The translations under genes were made by a program, and so were the position numbers. A stretch of 64,000 nucleotides of DNA from the NCBI GenBank assembly GCA_039918435.1, contig JBDSHN010000075.1:13342-77341 (forward strand). The letters are read 5' to 3'. Shown here in pieces: positions 48,308 through 56,558 of the stretch. This stretch comes from Bacteroidia bacterium. Its GTDB lineage: Bacteria; Bacteroidota; Bacteroidia; Palsa-965. Numbering within the stretch: position 1 is the stretch's first letter; every line of letters begins with the position of its first letter. A model generated the notes under the pieces. The model worked only from the letters and a program-made list of their open reading frames with translations, was not told the origin of the DNA and did not search any database.

Positions 48308-48371
48308 CTCCCACAACTAAAAGCCTGTTAATACGCTGTATTGACAGGCTTTTCTGCTTTTAAATAAGCGG

Positions 48372-49676
48372 CTAAATCACCTCCGCAACCACAAACGTAC
48401 TTCCGCCCAAAAATACCATATCTCCCTGCTTTGCTGCGTCTTGGGCTGATTTTAATGCCTGTTTCACCGAACCATAAATTTTTCCCTTCAACCCAATTTT
48501 CCCCGCTTTTTGAGCCAATTCCTCCGCATCCATCGATCTCGGCAGGTCGGCGCGGCAAAAATAATAAGTGGCCCTTTTAGGTAAAAGTGCTAGAACACGA
48601 GCCGGATCTTTGTCGCCAACCACGCCAAAAACGATGTGCAGCTTTTTATGCGGTGTCTTTTTTAATTGCGCGACAACTTCTTTTATTCCCGCTTCGTTGT
48701 GGCCCGTATCTGCAATGGTCAACGGTTTTTTTGCGATCACCTGCCAACGTCCCTGCAAACCGGTAAGTGCAATTACATTTCGGAATCCGTTGCGGATCGC
48801 TTTATCCGGAATAAGAAAACCTGATTCGCGTAAGCTATCAATCGCAGAAAGAACGGTGATGATATTTTTTTGCTGATAAAATCCTGGAAGGCCGCAACGC
48901 AGATTTTTATGCACGATGTTTTTTCCGGCCTTTACATCTCCAGTCAGTAAAAGCGGAAGTGATTTGGATGGATGAAACCTGCTCAGCTGAAATTCATCAT
49001 CTGCAAATCGTAATGGCGCTTTTTCAGCTTTGGCTTTCTTTTCAAAAACGGTTTTTACTTCTTGCTGCGTTTCACCAATGACGACAGGAATTCCCGGTTT
49101 AATTATTCCCGCTTTTTCAGCTGCGATTTTTTTCAGTGTCTTGCCTAAAAGATTGGTGTGATCAAGACTGATATTGGTTATGACGGAAACAAGAGGAGTA
49201 ATTACATTGGTAGAATCCAGTCTTCCGCCGAGACCGGTTTCGATCACAGCAATAGCCACTTTTTCTTTCGCGAAATAATCAAATGCTAATCCAACAGTCC
49301 ATTCAAAAAAAGAAGGCTGCACTTTTTTAAATAATTTTTTGTGATCGGCTACAAATTTCACCACGCGCGGTTTCGGAATCATAGTTCCATTGATGCGAAT
49401 GCGTTCACGAAAATCTTTGAGATGCGGTGAAGTGTACAATCCTGTTTTATATCCTGCTTCCTGTAAAACCGCGGCAAGCAAATGTGAAGCAGAACCTTTT
49501 CCGTTTGTTCCTGCAATATGAATCGACTTGAATTTATTTTCAGGATGATTTAACGCAGTGCAAATTTTCAGGGTGTTGGAAAGATCCGGTTTATATGCAG
49601 CCGGACCAACACGATGAAACATCGGCAGGCAGCTGTATAAATAATTGAGCGTTTGTTTATAATCGAGAGATGTCAT
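48372..49676 (-). CDS. folC: Bifunctional folylpolyglutamate synthase/dihydrofolate synthase
   Basis: Mur-ligase P-loop HIAGTNGKGS and the FolC-type middle and C-terminal domains. 434 aa. Confidence 0.8.
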   Translation of the reverse strand: MTSLDYKQTLNYLYSCLPMFHRVGPAAYKPDLSNTLKICTALNHPENKFKSIHIAGTNGKGSASHLLAAVLQEAGYKTGLYTSPHLKDFRERIRINGTMIPKPRVVKFVADHKKLFKKVQPSFFEWTVGLAFDYFAKEKVAIAVIETGLGGRLDSTNVITPLVSVITNISLDHTNLLGKTLKKIAAEKAGIIKPGIPVVIGETQQEVKTVFEKKAKAEKAPLRFADDEFQLSRFHPSKSLPLLLTGDVKAGKNIVHKNLRCGLPGFYQQKNIITVLSAIDSLRESGFLIPDKAIRNGFRNVIALTGLQGRWQVIAKKPLTIADTGHNEAGIKEVVAQLKKTPHKKLHIVFGVVGDKDPARVLALLPKRATYYFCRADLPRSMDAEELAQKAGKIGLKGKIYGSVKQALKSAQDAAKQGDMVFLGGSTFVVAEVI

Positions 49677-49678
49677 TG

Positions 49679-49712
49679 GATACGAATTACGAAGCGTACG
49701 AAAATACGAAAG
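49679..49712. repeat. TACGAA-hexamer repeat element, copy 1 (abuts the folC start codon)
   Basis: ggaTACGAAtTACGAAgcgTACGAAaaTACGAAagg shares GGATACGAATTACGAA...ATACGAAAGG with 56418-56454. Confidence 0.6.
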
Positions 49713-49777
49713 GAAATAATGGGGACTTCCACTATTTCCTTTCTAAGCTTTTTCTCACTCATTTCATATTTCGTACT

Positions 49778-50647
49778 CTACTTAAGCGTAAAAATAATGT
49801 CAATCGAAAGCGCTAATGACTCCGGCGCTTGCGGATCAGGATTGAATTTAATATTGTAAGCCGACTGAACGGCCGTTGCAACCAATGTTGAATTAAAAGT
49901 GGTGCTTCCGGCAGAGCTTCGTTCAGCTTTCGTCACTTTTCCCTGGCGGTTTACAGTAACTGTCACCACCACTTTTCCTTCTTCTTGCGTCGGGTTTACA
50001 ATCTGCGGCGCGAAAACAATGGAGCGGTAACGTTTGGCATTTCCTGTTTTATCATTTCCATTTTCTCCGCCAGGACCGTCTACACCAGGATCGCCGCCTT
50101 TCCCCGGACCAATATCACTTCCGCTTCCGTTCCCTAAACCGGCAGTGTACGGATCTCCTTTTCCATCACCACCAATTTTCACGGAAGCTTTTCCTTTGTT
50201 CTTATTAAAATTTGCAATCGCATCAAGCATTGCCGTGCTTGGCTGTTGTGCATTACCGGTATGATTTGTATTTGTTGCAGCAGGATTATCGGGGTTGTTG
50301 CTTGTCACTGCGCCGTTATCTGGAGGATTTGTTGGCGGCGCACTGGCAGCATCAGATGGATCTTGCATTCCGGGAGTGCCGGTATTTCCTTCTGATCCGC
50401 CGGCACGAACTTCTGCACCGCCACCGGTGCCCATGTTTAATCCGATCTCTAAAGTGATCATTTCGTCCGGTGGCGGAATTGCCGGAATAGGTGTGATTAT
50501 TTTGATGAGCAATAGAATCAGGAAAAGCAAAATTGCAAACGTAACAGTGAGGATTATTCCGATTACCCGGCCTTTACGTTCTTCTTCAGTAAGTTCTTGT
50601 TTCTCCAGGCCAAAGCCGGCAGAAATATTCAGGCTGTTTGCGCTCAT
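49778..50647 (-). CDS. TonB family protein (Gly/Pro-rich spacer, C-terminal TonB domain)
   Basis: N-terminal TM anchor, a long Gly/Pro/Asn/Thr-rich spacer, and a C-terminal ~80 aa TonB-like fold (VVVTVTVNRQGKVTKAE...YNIKFNPD). It lies downstream of exbD. Confidence 0.55.
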   Translation of the reverse strand: MSANSLNISAGFGLEKQELTEEERKGRVIGIILTVTFAILLFLILLLIKIITPIPAIPPPDEMITLEIGLNMGTGGGAEVRAGGSEGNTGTPGMQDPSDAASAPPTNPPDNGAVTSNNPDNPAATNTNHTGNAQQPSTAMLDAIANFNKNKGKASVKIGGDGKGDPYTAGLGNGSGSDIGPGKGGDPGVDGPGGENGNDKTGNAKRYRSIVFAPQIVNPTQEEGKVVVTVTVNRQGKVTKAERSSAGSTTFNSTLVATAVQSAYNIKFNPDPQAPESLALSIDIIFTLK

Positions 50648-50648
50648 C

Positions 50649-51047
50649 TTATTTAGTGGTTTTAGCCTGAAGCACCATTTTCAGATTCAACTTGCTGCCT
50701 ATTTGCATCACGTCTGCGAGATCTTGAATGGAAAGTGATTTATCCATCACCAAAGTAACGTTTGTGTTTTGCTTCGCTTTTGTTTCTGCTAATAAGGCCG
50801 GCTCCATCTGGTCAATAGTGATCGGGACGTTATTAATCCAGTATTTATGATTCGCATCCACTTGCAGCAACACTTGCTTTGATTGCATCTGCTCTACTTT
50901 TACAGAGCTCGGCAATTCAAGCTTAATTGCATTCCTGTTCGCCATTGTAGAAAGAATGATGAAGAACAACAGGAGGAAGAACATAATATCGTTCAACGAA
51001 TCTGTAAAAACTTCAGCACCTTCTTTTTGTTTCCGTCTGAGCTGCAT
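50649..51047 (-). CDS. exbD: Biopolymer transport protein ExbD/TolR
   Basis: 132 aa with a single TM (IMFFLLLFFIILSTM) and a periplasmic domain. Confidence 0.75.
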   Translation of the reverse strand: MQLRRKQKEGAEVFTDSLNDIMFFLLLFFIILSTMANRNAIKLELPSSVKVEQMQSKQVLLQVDANHKYWINNVPITIDQMEPALLAETKAKQNTNVTLVMDKSLSIQDLADVMQIGSKLNLKMVLQAKTTK

Positions 51048-51090
51048 GGTTGATAATGTGTTAATATAAAACGCAGGAGATTTGCAATTA

Positions 51091-51822
51091 TTATTTACCC
51101 GGCTCGTTTATCACGTCTAAAAATCCGAGCGTAGCAATTTCAATTTTCTTCGCCACATTATCGACCATTGTATTCAGGAAGTGATACATCATAAAAGCAA
51201 GCACACCTACAGTGAGTCCGGCAGCGGATGAAAACATTTTAAGATACAATCCATGAGAAATATTCTGGATACTTACTTCACCACCTGAATTTGCAATGTC
51301 ACGGAAGATGACAATTACACCGAAAATAGTTCCGATAAAACCTAACATCGGAGCAATGCGGGCAATAAGGCTGATAAAGTGAAGGTTTTTTTCTGCGCGT
51401 GAAATTTCAAGCTTGCCTGTTGTTTCCATCGCTTCTGAAATTTCGCGCGTTGGTTTTCCCAATCGTGAAATTCCTTTTTCAATGACACGTGCAACCGGTG
51501 TATTCTGCACGCGGCATAATTCTCTCGCGGAATCAATTTTTCCGTTGAGCAGGTAATCCCTGATGTTGAGTGAAAAATTGCTATCGACTTTTCCTGCTTT
51601 TGAAATAACGACTAATCGCTCAATGGTAAAATAAACCGCGATCAGTAGGAAAATAACCATCGGTATCATTACCCATCCGCCTTCGGTGAGCATTCCGAGC
51701 GGAGTAGTAATGCTTTGCGTCGGACCGGTTGGCCCCGGAATACCGGTTGGTGCAATAATTCCTGCCGCCTGGGCTGTGTCAGTAGCCGCGCCTGCAGCCT
51801 GTAAAAGAATATGGTGAAGCAT
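51091..51822 (-). CDS. exbB: MotA/TolQ/ExbB proton channel
   Basis: 243 aa with three TM helices and the conserved C-terminal region (GLTVGVLAFMMYHFL). Confidence 0.8.
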   Translation of the reverse strand: MLHHILLQAAGAATDTAQAAGIIAPTGIPGPTGPTQSITTPLGMLTEGGWVMIPMVIFLLIAVYFTIERLVVISKAGKVDSNFSLNIRDYLLNGKIDSARELCRVQNTPVARVIEKGISRLGKPTREISEAMETTGKLEISRAEKNLHFISLIARIAPMLGFIGTIFGVIVIFRDIANSGGEVSIQNISHGLYLKMFSSAAGLTVGVLAFMMYHFLNTMVDNVAKKIEIATLGFLDVINEPGK

Positions 51823-51980
51823 GATTTTCGGTTGTTGTTAATTAGAACGCATACAATCACCCGAAATTATCTTAAAGCGAAGGGCCCCCGGTGTATGCTC
51901 TGAGCCGATTTTCAACACCAGCGTGTTCATTCCGGAGGCCCATGATCCTGCATCCCAGCAGAATCCTCGTCGCGACGATC

Positions 51981-52095
51981 AAAAAAAGGGGGCAGGGTTT
52001 TAGGGGCAGGAGGCAGGTGCAGTATATTATTGTATTTAATTAACACAAGTAATTTTTTTTCTGCCGCCTGCCTCCTTTTTTCCTGCTCCTCTTTT
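51981..52095. repeat. Long imperfect palindrome with GGGGCAGG-type arms
   Basis: The left arm is aaaaaaagggggcagggttttaggggcaggaggcaggtgcag. The right arm is ctgccgcctgcctccttttttcctgctcctcttttt. The loop is AT-rich and about 38 nt. On the minus strand it is followed by a U-run, so it is the likely terminator of the TonB gene. Confidence 0.5.
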
Positions 52096-52880
52096 TATTT
52101 CAATATAAATCTCACAGGTTTATTGTACAGATATTCTACAATCTCCCCATTCTCATCCTTCACAGGTTCCCATTTAGGCATGAACTTAGCCACGCGCAAA
52201 ACTTCCCTGTCAAGCAACGGATTTACACCTTTCGCTATTTTGATATCGCGGACGTCTCCTTTGGTATCAACAATGAAGGTGAGAACAACAGTTCCCTGAA
52301 TTCCATCGTCTTTCGCAGCTTGCGGATATTTGATGTTCTTCACGAAAAATGCATCAAGTCCCGGATCCTTCGGAGGAAATGGAAGCCAGTCACGAAGCGT
52401 TGGCTTTTTCGGAATTGAATCTTTGCAATTCGGGCAAGGATTTACCGCAACAGTACCAGTATCCTTCAATAAACCAATTCCCTTTTCAGATCCATTCGGA
52501 TTTCCGGGGGTTAAGGTCAGGTCTACATGGCTTAGGGAATCTTTTGTAATTACAATATTGCTTGTAATTGTGTTTGAAGATCCCTTTGGTGCGGGCGGTT
52601 TGGTCACAACTGGTTTTATTGGCGGATTGACCGGAGGATTTCCAATTATCATAACCGAATCATGAATTGTCGTTACTGATGTTGGCATTGCTGCATTGGA
52701 TTCCGGCATATTAATAAAATACGTGCCAAGCGCGATAGAGAAAAGTGTGACCGCAAAAAAAGCGGCGAGCAAAACATTCCTGCTATAACGTTTACGGATT
52801 TGATAGGCACCGTAATTTTTGTGCCGGTTTTCGAATACAAGCTCATTGAAGCTTGCATTAAGCACCATATTAGTGTCCAT
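52095..52880 (-). CDS. tonB: Energy transducer TonB
   Basis: N-terminal RHKNYGAYQIRKRYSRNVLLAAFFAVTLFSIAL (TonB anchor), a Pro-rich spacer (PPVNPPIKPVVTKPPAPK), and a C-terminal TonB domain (GIQGTVVLTFIVDTKGDVRDIKIAKG...NGEIVEY). Confidence 0.7.
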   Translation of the reverse strand: MDTNMVLNASFNELVFENRHKNYGAYQIRKRYSRNVLLAAFFAVTLFSIALGTYFINMPESNAAMPTSVTTIHDSVMIIGNPPVNPPIKPVVTKPPAPKGSSNTITSNIVITKDSLSHVDLTLTPGNPNGSEKGIGLLKDTGTVAVNPCPNCKDSIPKKPTLRDWLPFPPKDPGLDAFFVKNIKYPQAAKDDGIQGTVVLTFIVDTKGDVRDIKIAKGVNPLLDREVLRVAKFMPKWEPVKDENGEIVEYLYNKPVRFILK

Positions 52881-53388
52881 ACGATTTTTGTTTTTGGTGT
52901 CAGCTGTTTTTAAATTCAGCGTGACCGGGTTAGTTAATCTGTTTCAATGTCTCGTGCTGCAGCTGGAGACATTCTTCTATTTGCTGCCGGGATGTATTCG
53001 CCAACCGGTTGGATGTATCTGCGGGATGAGCAGATCGCAATTGGTTTTTACAAATAGAAGAGTAAAGTTCAGATCATCTATGGAAGGATATTGCTTTCAC
53101 TATTGTATACAGCAACGTTAAGCAGTAAGTTTCATGCAAGTAACGACAGATGTATATCTGGCGGAGAAAAAGATGTAAGTGGGGGAAATTCAATATTCAA
53201 CTATTCAATATTCAAAATTGCAAAAGGAAATTCAAAATAAAAGAAGAATTTCCTTGTTTTAGTTATGGAAAAACAAAAAATATTGAATCCAACGAGGTTG
53301 TCATACCGTGTGTTCCGTCTGAAAGAAATGCTTACTGTTTATCAATGAGATTTAATTCAGACGGAATGTATCGAGGTCGGGGCTGCGG

Positions 53389-54609
53389 TTAAAGAAGCTG
53401 CTTCAACGCAATAGAAAATGCTGCTTTTGCAATATTCGTTTTGCCGGGATTTAAAGAATATGTTTTTTCCATTGCTTTTTTAATGGTAAAAGAAACATCA
53501 TTAAAAATAGCATCATCGGTAAGCACGGCATCTTCCTGCATGAGGTAAGCAAACACTCTTGCCATTCCGCAATTCGCAATGAAATCCGGAATGAGACTGA
53601 CGCGTTCATCTGCATATTCTCCGATTGGTCCGAAGAAAATTTCTTTATCCGCAAACGGAACATTCGCACCGCATGCAATTACTTCGAGACTATTACCGAT
53701 CATCAGATCAAGCTGCTCTCTTGTTACTAATCTTGAAGCGGCCGCAGGAATAAAAATTTCAGCACCGCAAGACCATGCTGCATTTTTGGTTTCCTCAGGT
53801 GAAAGCAGGTTTTCAGCAACCAGCTTATTACTTGTTTTATTATTAAAGAGTGTTGTAATTTCTTCAAATGTAAATCCATCAGCATTCACAAGTCCGCCTT
53901 CACGATCGATGATCGCTGTGATGCGCGCACCCATTTGCGCAAGATAATAAGCAGCCGCAGAAGCAACATTTCCCCAGCCCTGGATAATTGCTCTTTTCCC
54001 TTTTACATCACCGCCCCACACATCATAATAATGCTTCACCGATTCCGCCACACCATAACCAGTGATCATGTCTGCCACTGTCAATCCCTGTACAGGAACA
54101 TATTTTTCATCCGTTACTTTTTTTACTACGCCCTCGCGCAATTGCTCAATACGTTTTGAAGCGCCCGAATCTCCCGCGCCGAAATGTCCACGCACAACAC
54201 CTTCCTGCGGATGAAGCAAACCATATTGCTGCGTAATTGCTATCACATCATGAATTTCATCCACGTTCAAATCGCCGCCTGTGCCGTAATAATTTTTCAG
54301 CAATGGCATTACTGCTTTGAACCAACGCTCCAGCACACCTTTCCGGCGTGGATCAGAAGGATCAAAATTAATTCCGGATTTTGCTCCACCAATTGGCGGA
54401 CCGGCAACTGTGAACTTCACTTCCATTGTTTTTGCAAGCGATTCCACTTCCCGGCGATCCAATCCTTTACGCATACGTGTACCGCCGCCTGCCGCACCTC
54501 CGCGAAGGGAATTGATCACAATCCACCCTTCAGCTTCTGTTTCAGTGTCTTTCCATTCAAAAATTATTTCGGGTCTTTTGTTTTCGTATGCGTCGAGTAA
54601 ATCTTTCAT
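53389..54609 (-). CDS. Glu/Leu/Phe/Val dehydrogenase family protein
   Basis: The catalytic Lys region is AGPPIGGAKSGINFDP and the Rossmann NAD(P) region is IQGWGNVASAAAYYL. 406 aa. Confidence 0.7.
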   Translation of the reverse strand: MKDLLDAYENKRPEIIFEWKDTETEAEGWIVINSLRGGAAGGGTRMRKGLDRREVESLAKTMEVKFTVAGPPIGGAKSGINFDPSDPRRKGVLERWFKAVMPLLKNYYGTGGDLNVDEIHDVIAITQQYGLLHPQEGVVRGHFGAGDSGASKRIEQLREGVVKKVTDEKYVPVQGLTVADMITGYGVAESVKHYYDVWGGDVKGKRAIIQGWGNVASAAAYYLAQMGARITAIIDREGGLVNADGFTFEEITTLFNNKTSNKLVAENLLSPEETKNAAWSCGAEIFIPAAASRLVTREQLDLMIGNSLEVIACGANVPFADKEIFFGPIGEYADERVSLIPDFIANCGMARVFAYLMQEDAVLTDDAIFNDVSFTIKKAMEKTYSLNPGKTNIAKAAFSIALKQLL

Positions 54610-54770
54610 TGTTGCTTCCGGATTGTGAGGCGCAAAAGTACGAAATGAGGCGATTGAAAAAATTAATCATACGAATATTGACGGAGCAAAAAAAATATTT
54701 AAACTTGCCTCATAATTATTGCAGGATAGAAAACCTTTCTACCTTTACTGACAATAAGATTCATCACAAG

Positions 54771-55070
54771 ATGGCAAAGACAAATAAACTACCGAAAGAA
54801 ACTACTTCTGCAAAAGACAAAGCAGGTGCCGTTGAAAAAACGTCAAAGAAAAAAAAGTCTTCTGAAGAAGATGATGACGAAGATGTTCCTGCAGAGGAAA
54901 CAGAAGACGAGGATCTTCCAGAGGAGGACGACGATTTTGAAAAACCTGAAGAGGAAGATGACAGCGACGATGTTGATGATAAAAAAATCAAGATCGAAGA
55001 AGTGGATATTGAAAATCTTGAGGATGACGAGGATGAGGAAGAACCTTTCTTCGAAGACGACAACTTTTAA
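54771..55070 (+). CDS. Small highly acidic protein (about 60% Asp/Glu after a basic N-terminus)
   Basis: MAKTNKLPKETTSAKDKAGAVEKTSKKKKSSEEDDDEDVPAEETEDEDLPEEDDDFE... The listed ORF from 54588 is an unsupported upstream extension. Confidence 0.4.
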   Translation: MAKTNKLPKETTSAKDKAGAVEKTSKKKKSSEEDDDEDVPAEETEDEDLPEEDDDFEKPEEEDDSDDVDDKKIKIEEVDIENLEDDEDEEEPFFEDDNF

Positions 55071-55095
55071 TCGTTTTCAAAATTCTTTTTGAATA

Positions 55096-55126
55096 CAAAA
55101 ATCCGGTGATGAGCCGGATTTTTTTT
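55096..55126 (+). terminator. Rho-independent terminator
   Basis: aaaaatccgg, loop tgatgag, ccggattttt, then T-run. Confidence 0.65.
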
Positions 55127-55162
55127 GTTTTTGCGTGAGTGATTGAGGTATTGTTGGAGCTC

Positions 55163-55223
55163 TTTTTTTGAAGTTGAACCCTCAAAGGGTTTCAAACCCT
55201 TTGAGGGTTCAACTTCAAAAAAA
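55163..55223. terminator. 61-nt perfect palindrome (bidirectional terminator candidate)
   Basis: tttttttgaagttgaaccctcaaagggttt c aaaccctttgagggttcaacttcaaaaaaaa forms a perfect stem of about 30 bp with T and A runs at both ends. Confidence 0.65.
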
Positions 55224-55308
55224 AGCGACTACCGAAAGCACGACCTCGTCAATGGTAAACTTAATTTTTATTGAATTCTCAGTTTGACGAGGACACGCCC
55301 GGATTACT

Positions 55309-56379
55309 TTAATAATAAATAGTTCCCCCGCTGCTATCCTGCCGCGCACCAGTTACGCTGTTTAAGGTATTGATCTTGTTCTGCCAGCGTAATAATCCGA
55401 GAAACGCAAAGATCAACGCTTCTTTAAAATCAATCGTTTCTCTTTCGGGAAGAATAATTTTTGCCTTGCATTTTTCTTTCAGCAATGAAATTAAAAATGC
55501 ATTATGTGCGCCGCCGCCTGTAACAAGCATTTTTCCATTTCCGTTTGCCGCAAGAGAAATCTGGTGCGCTACATGCTCTGTAAATGTGCGAAGCAGGTCT
55601 TCGGCTTTTTCTGATTCGGGAAGCAAGGGAAAAATAACTTCTTCCACCCATTCGCGCCCGATTGATTTTGGTGGCGATTTTTGAAAGTAGGCGAGTGCAT
55701 TCAGGGTTGAAAAAATTTCCGGAATAAGCTTTCCAGATGCTGCGAATGATCCGTTTTCATCGAATGGCTTATACAAACGCGACGCCAATCGGTTCATTAC
55801 ATAATTGACTGCGCAAATATCATAAGCAATTCTTTTTCCATTTGATTCAAAAGAAATATTTGCAAATCCTCCGAGATTCAAACAGTAATCGAATTTCTTA
55901 AAAAGCAACGCATCGCCAATAGGAACGAGTGGCGCTCCTTGTCCGCCCAGCGCTACATCCAGCGTACGGAAATCACACACAACAGGAATGCCGCAAGCCA
56001 TTCGCAATGCCGCGCCCGAACCCGCCTGGAACGTGTAACCTTTTTCTCCGGAGGAGCGGGCAGGCTGATGAAAAATAGTATGACCGTGCGAAGCAACAAA
56101 ATCTGGCGGCTGAAGATTGAAATTCTTTAAAAATGTAAACACACATTCGCCGAGATAAGTACCATATTCAGAATGAAAACGTTGCAATTCATCGCCGGAA
56201 GTTTTTTCTGCATGCAACAATTTTTTCACCCATTCTTCCGGGTAAATAATCGTTTTTGCTTCTTCAATTTCATACTTCCATTCCCCGTCATTTTCCCAAA
56301 ATTTCACGAGGCAAATATCCAGGCCGTCAAGCGAAGTGCCCGACATTAAGCCAATTACGCGATGAGAAGCAGTTGCCAT
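55309..56379 (-). CDS. anmK: Anhydro-N-acetylmuramic acid kinase
   Basis: The N-terminus MATASHRVIGLMSGTSLDGLDICLV and overall ~355 aa length fit AnmK. The listed start at 56415 is a TTG read as Met, so the ATG at 56379 is preferred. Confidence 0.8.
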   Translation of the reverse strand: MATASHRVIGLMSGTSLDGLDICLVKFWENDGEWKYEIEEAKTIIYPEEWVKKLLHAEKTSGDELQRFHSEYGTYLGECVFTFLKNFNLQPPDFVASHGHTIFHQPARSSGEKGYTFQAGSGAALRMACGIPVVCDFRTLDVALGGQGAPLVPIGDALLFKKFDYCLNLGGFANISFESNGKRIAYDICAVNYVMNRLASRLYKPFDENGSFAASGKLIPEIFSTLNALAYFQKSPPKSIGREWVEEVIFPLLPESEKAEDLLRTFTEHVAHQISLAANGNGKMLVTGGGAHNAFLISLLKEKCKAKIILPERETIDFKEALIFAFLGLLRWQNKINTLNSVTGARQDSSGGTIYY

Positions 56380-56394
56380 TTTAGGTAATGAATT

Positions 56395-56454
56395 ACGAAT
56401 GAAACTAATATACAAAAGGATACGAATTACGAATCAAAACGAATATACGAAAGG
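56395..56454. repeat. TACGAA-hexamer repeat element, copy 2 (5' region of anmK)
   Basis: aattacgaatgaaa...ggaTACGAAtTACGAAtcaaaACGAATaTACGAAagg. Confidence 0.6.
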
Positions 56455-56558
56455 CTTTGACCAAGACCCATTTTCAAATTATTCGCGGCATTCGTTTTCA
56501 TTAGTAATTCGTTCACCACAATTATGGTATTTTTCGCACTAAAAGTTATCTTTGTCGC

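Larger units (their letters stand above)
47982..48314 (+). mobile_element. tRNA-Val(TAC)-associated GIY-YIG cassette with duplicated tRNA 3' end
   Basis: gaaccctatagctcccac at 48297-48314 repeats tRNA positions 47962-47979 (18 of 18). The interval holds a hairpin plus T7 (47989-48019), then the GIY-YIG ORF beginning immediately after the T-run, with its stop codon inside the repeat. Confidence 0.5.

Noticed and set aside
54588-54770. Upstream extension of the acidic-protein ORF (listed start 54588)
   Set aside because: The extension overlaps the convergent dehydrogenase gene's 5' region and has no coding character. The ATG at 54771 is preceded by an A-rich leader.
54764-55063. Minus-strand ORF 54764..55063 (poly-Ser protein)
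   Set aside because: It is the antisense of the GAA/GAT-rich acidic-protein gene. The GAn repeats read as TCn codons on the other strand.
56380-56415. Listed anmK start at 56415
   Set aside because: The codon there is TTG, not ATG, so the track evidently allows alternative starts. The conserved AnmK N-terminus begins at the ATG at 56379, and the intervening 36 nt belong to the TACGAA repeat element.
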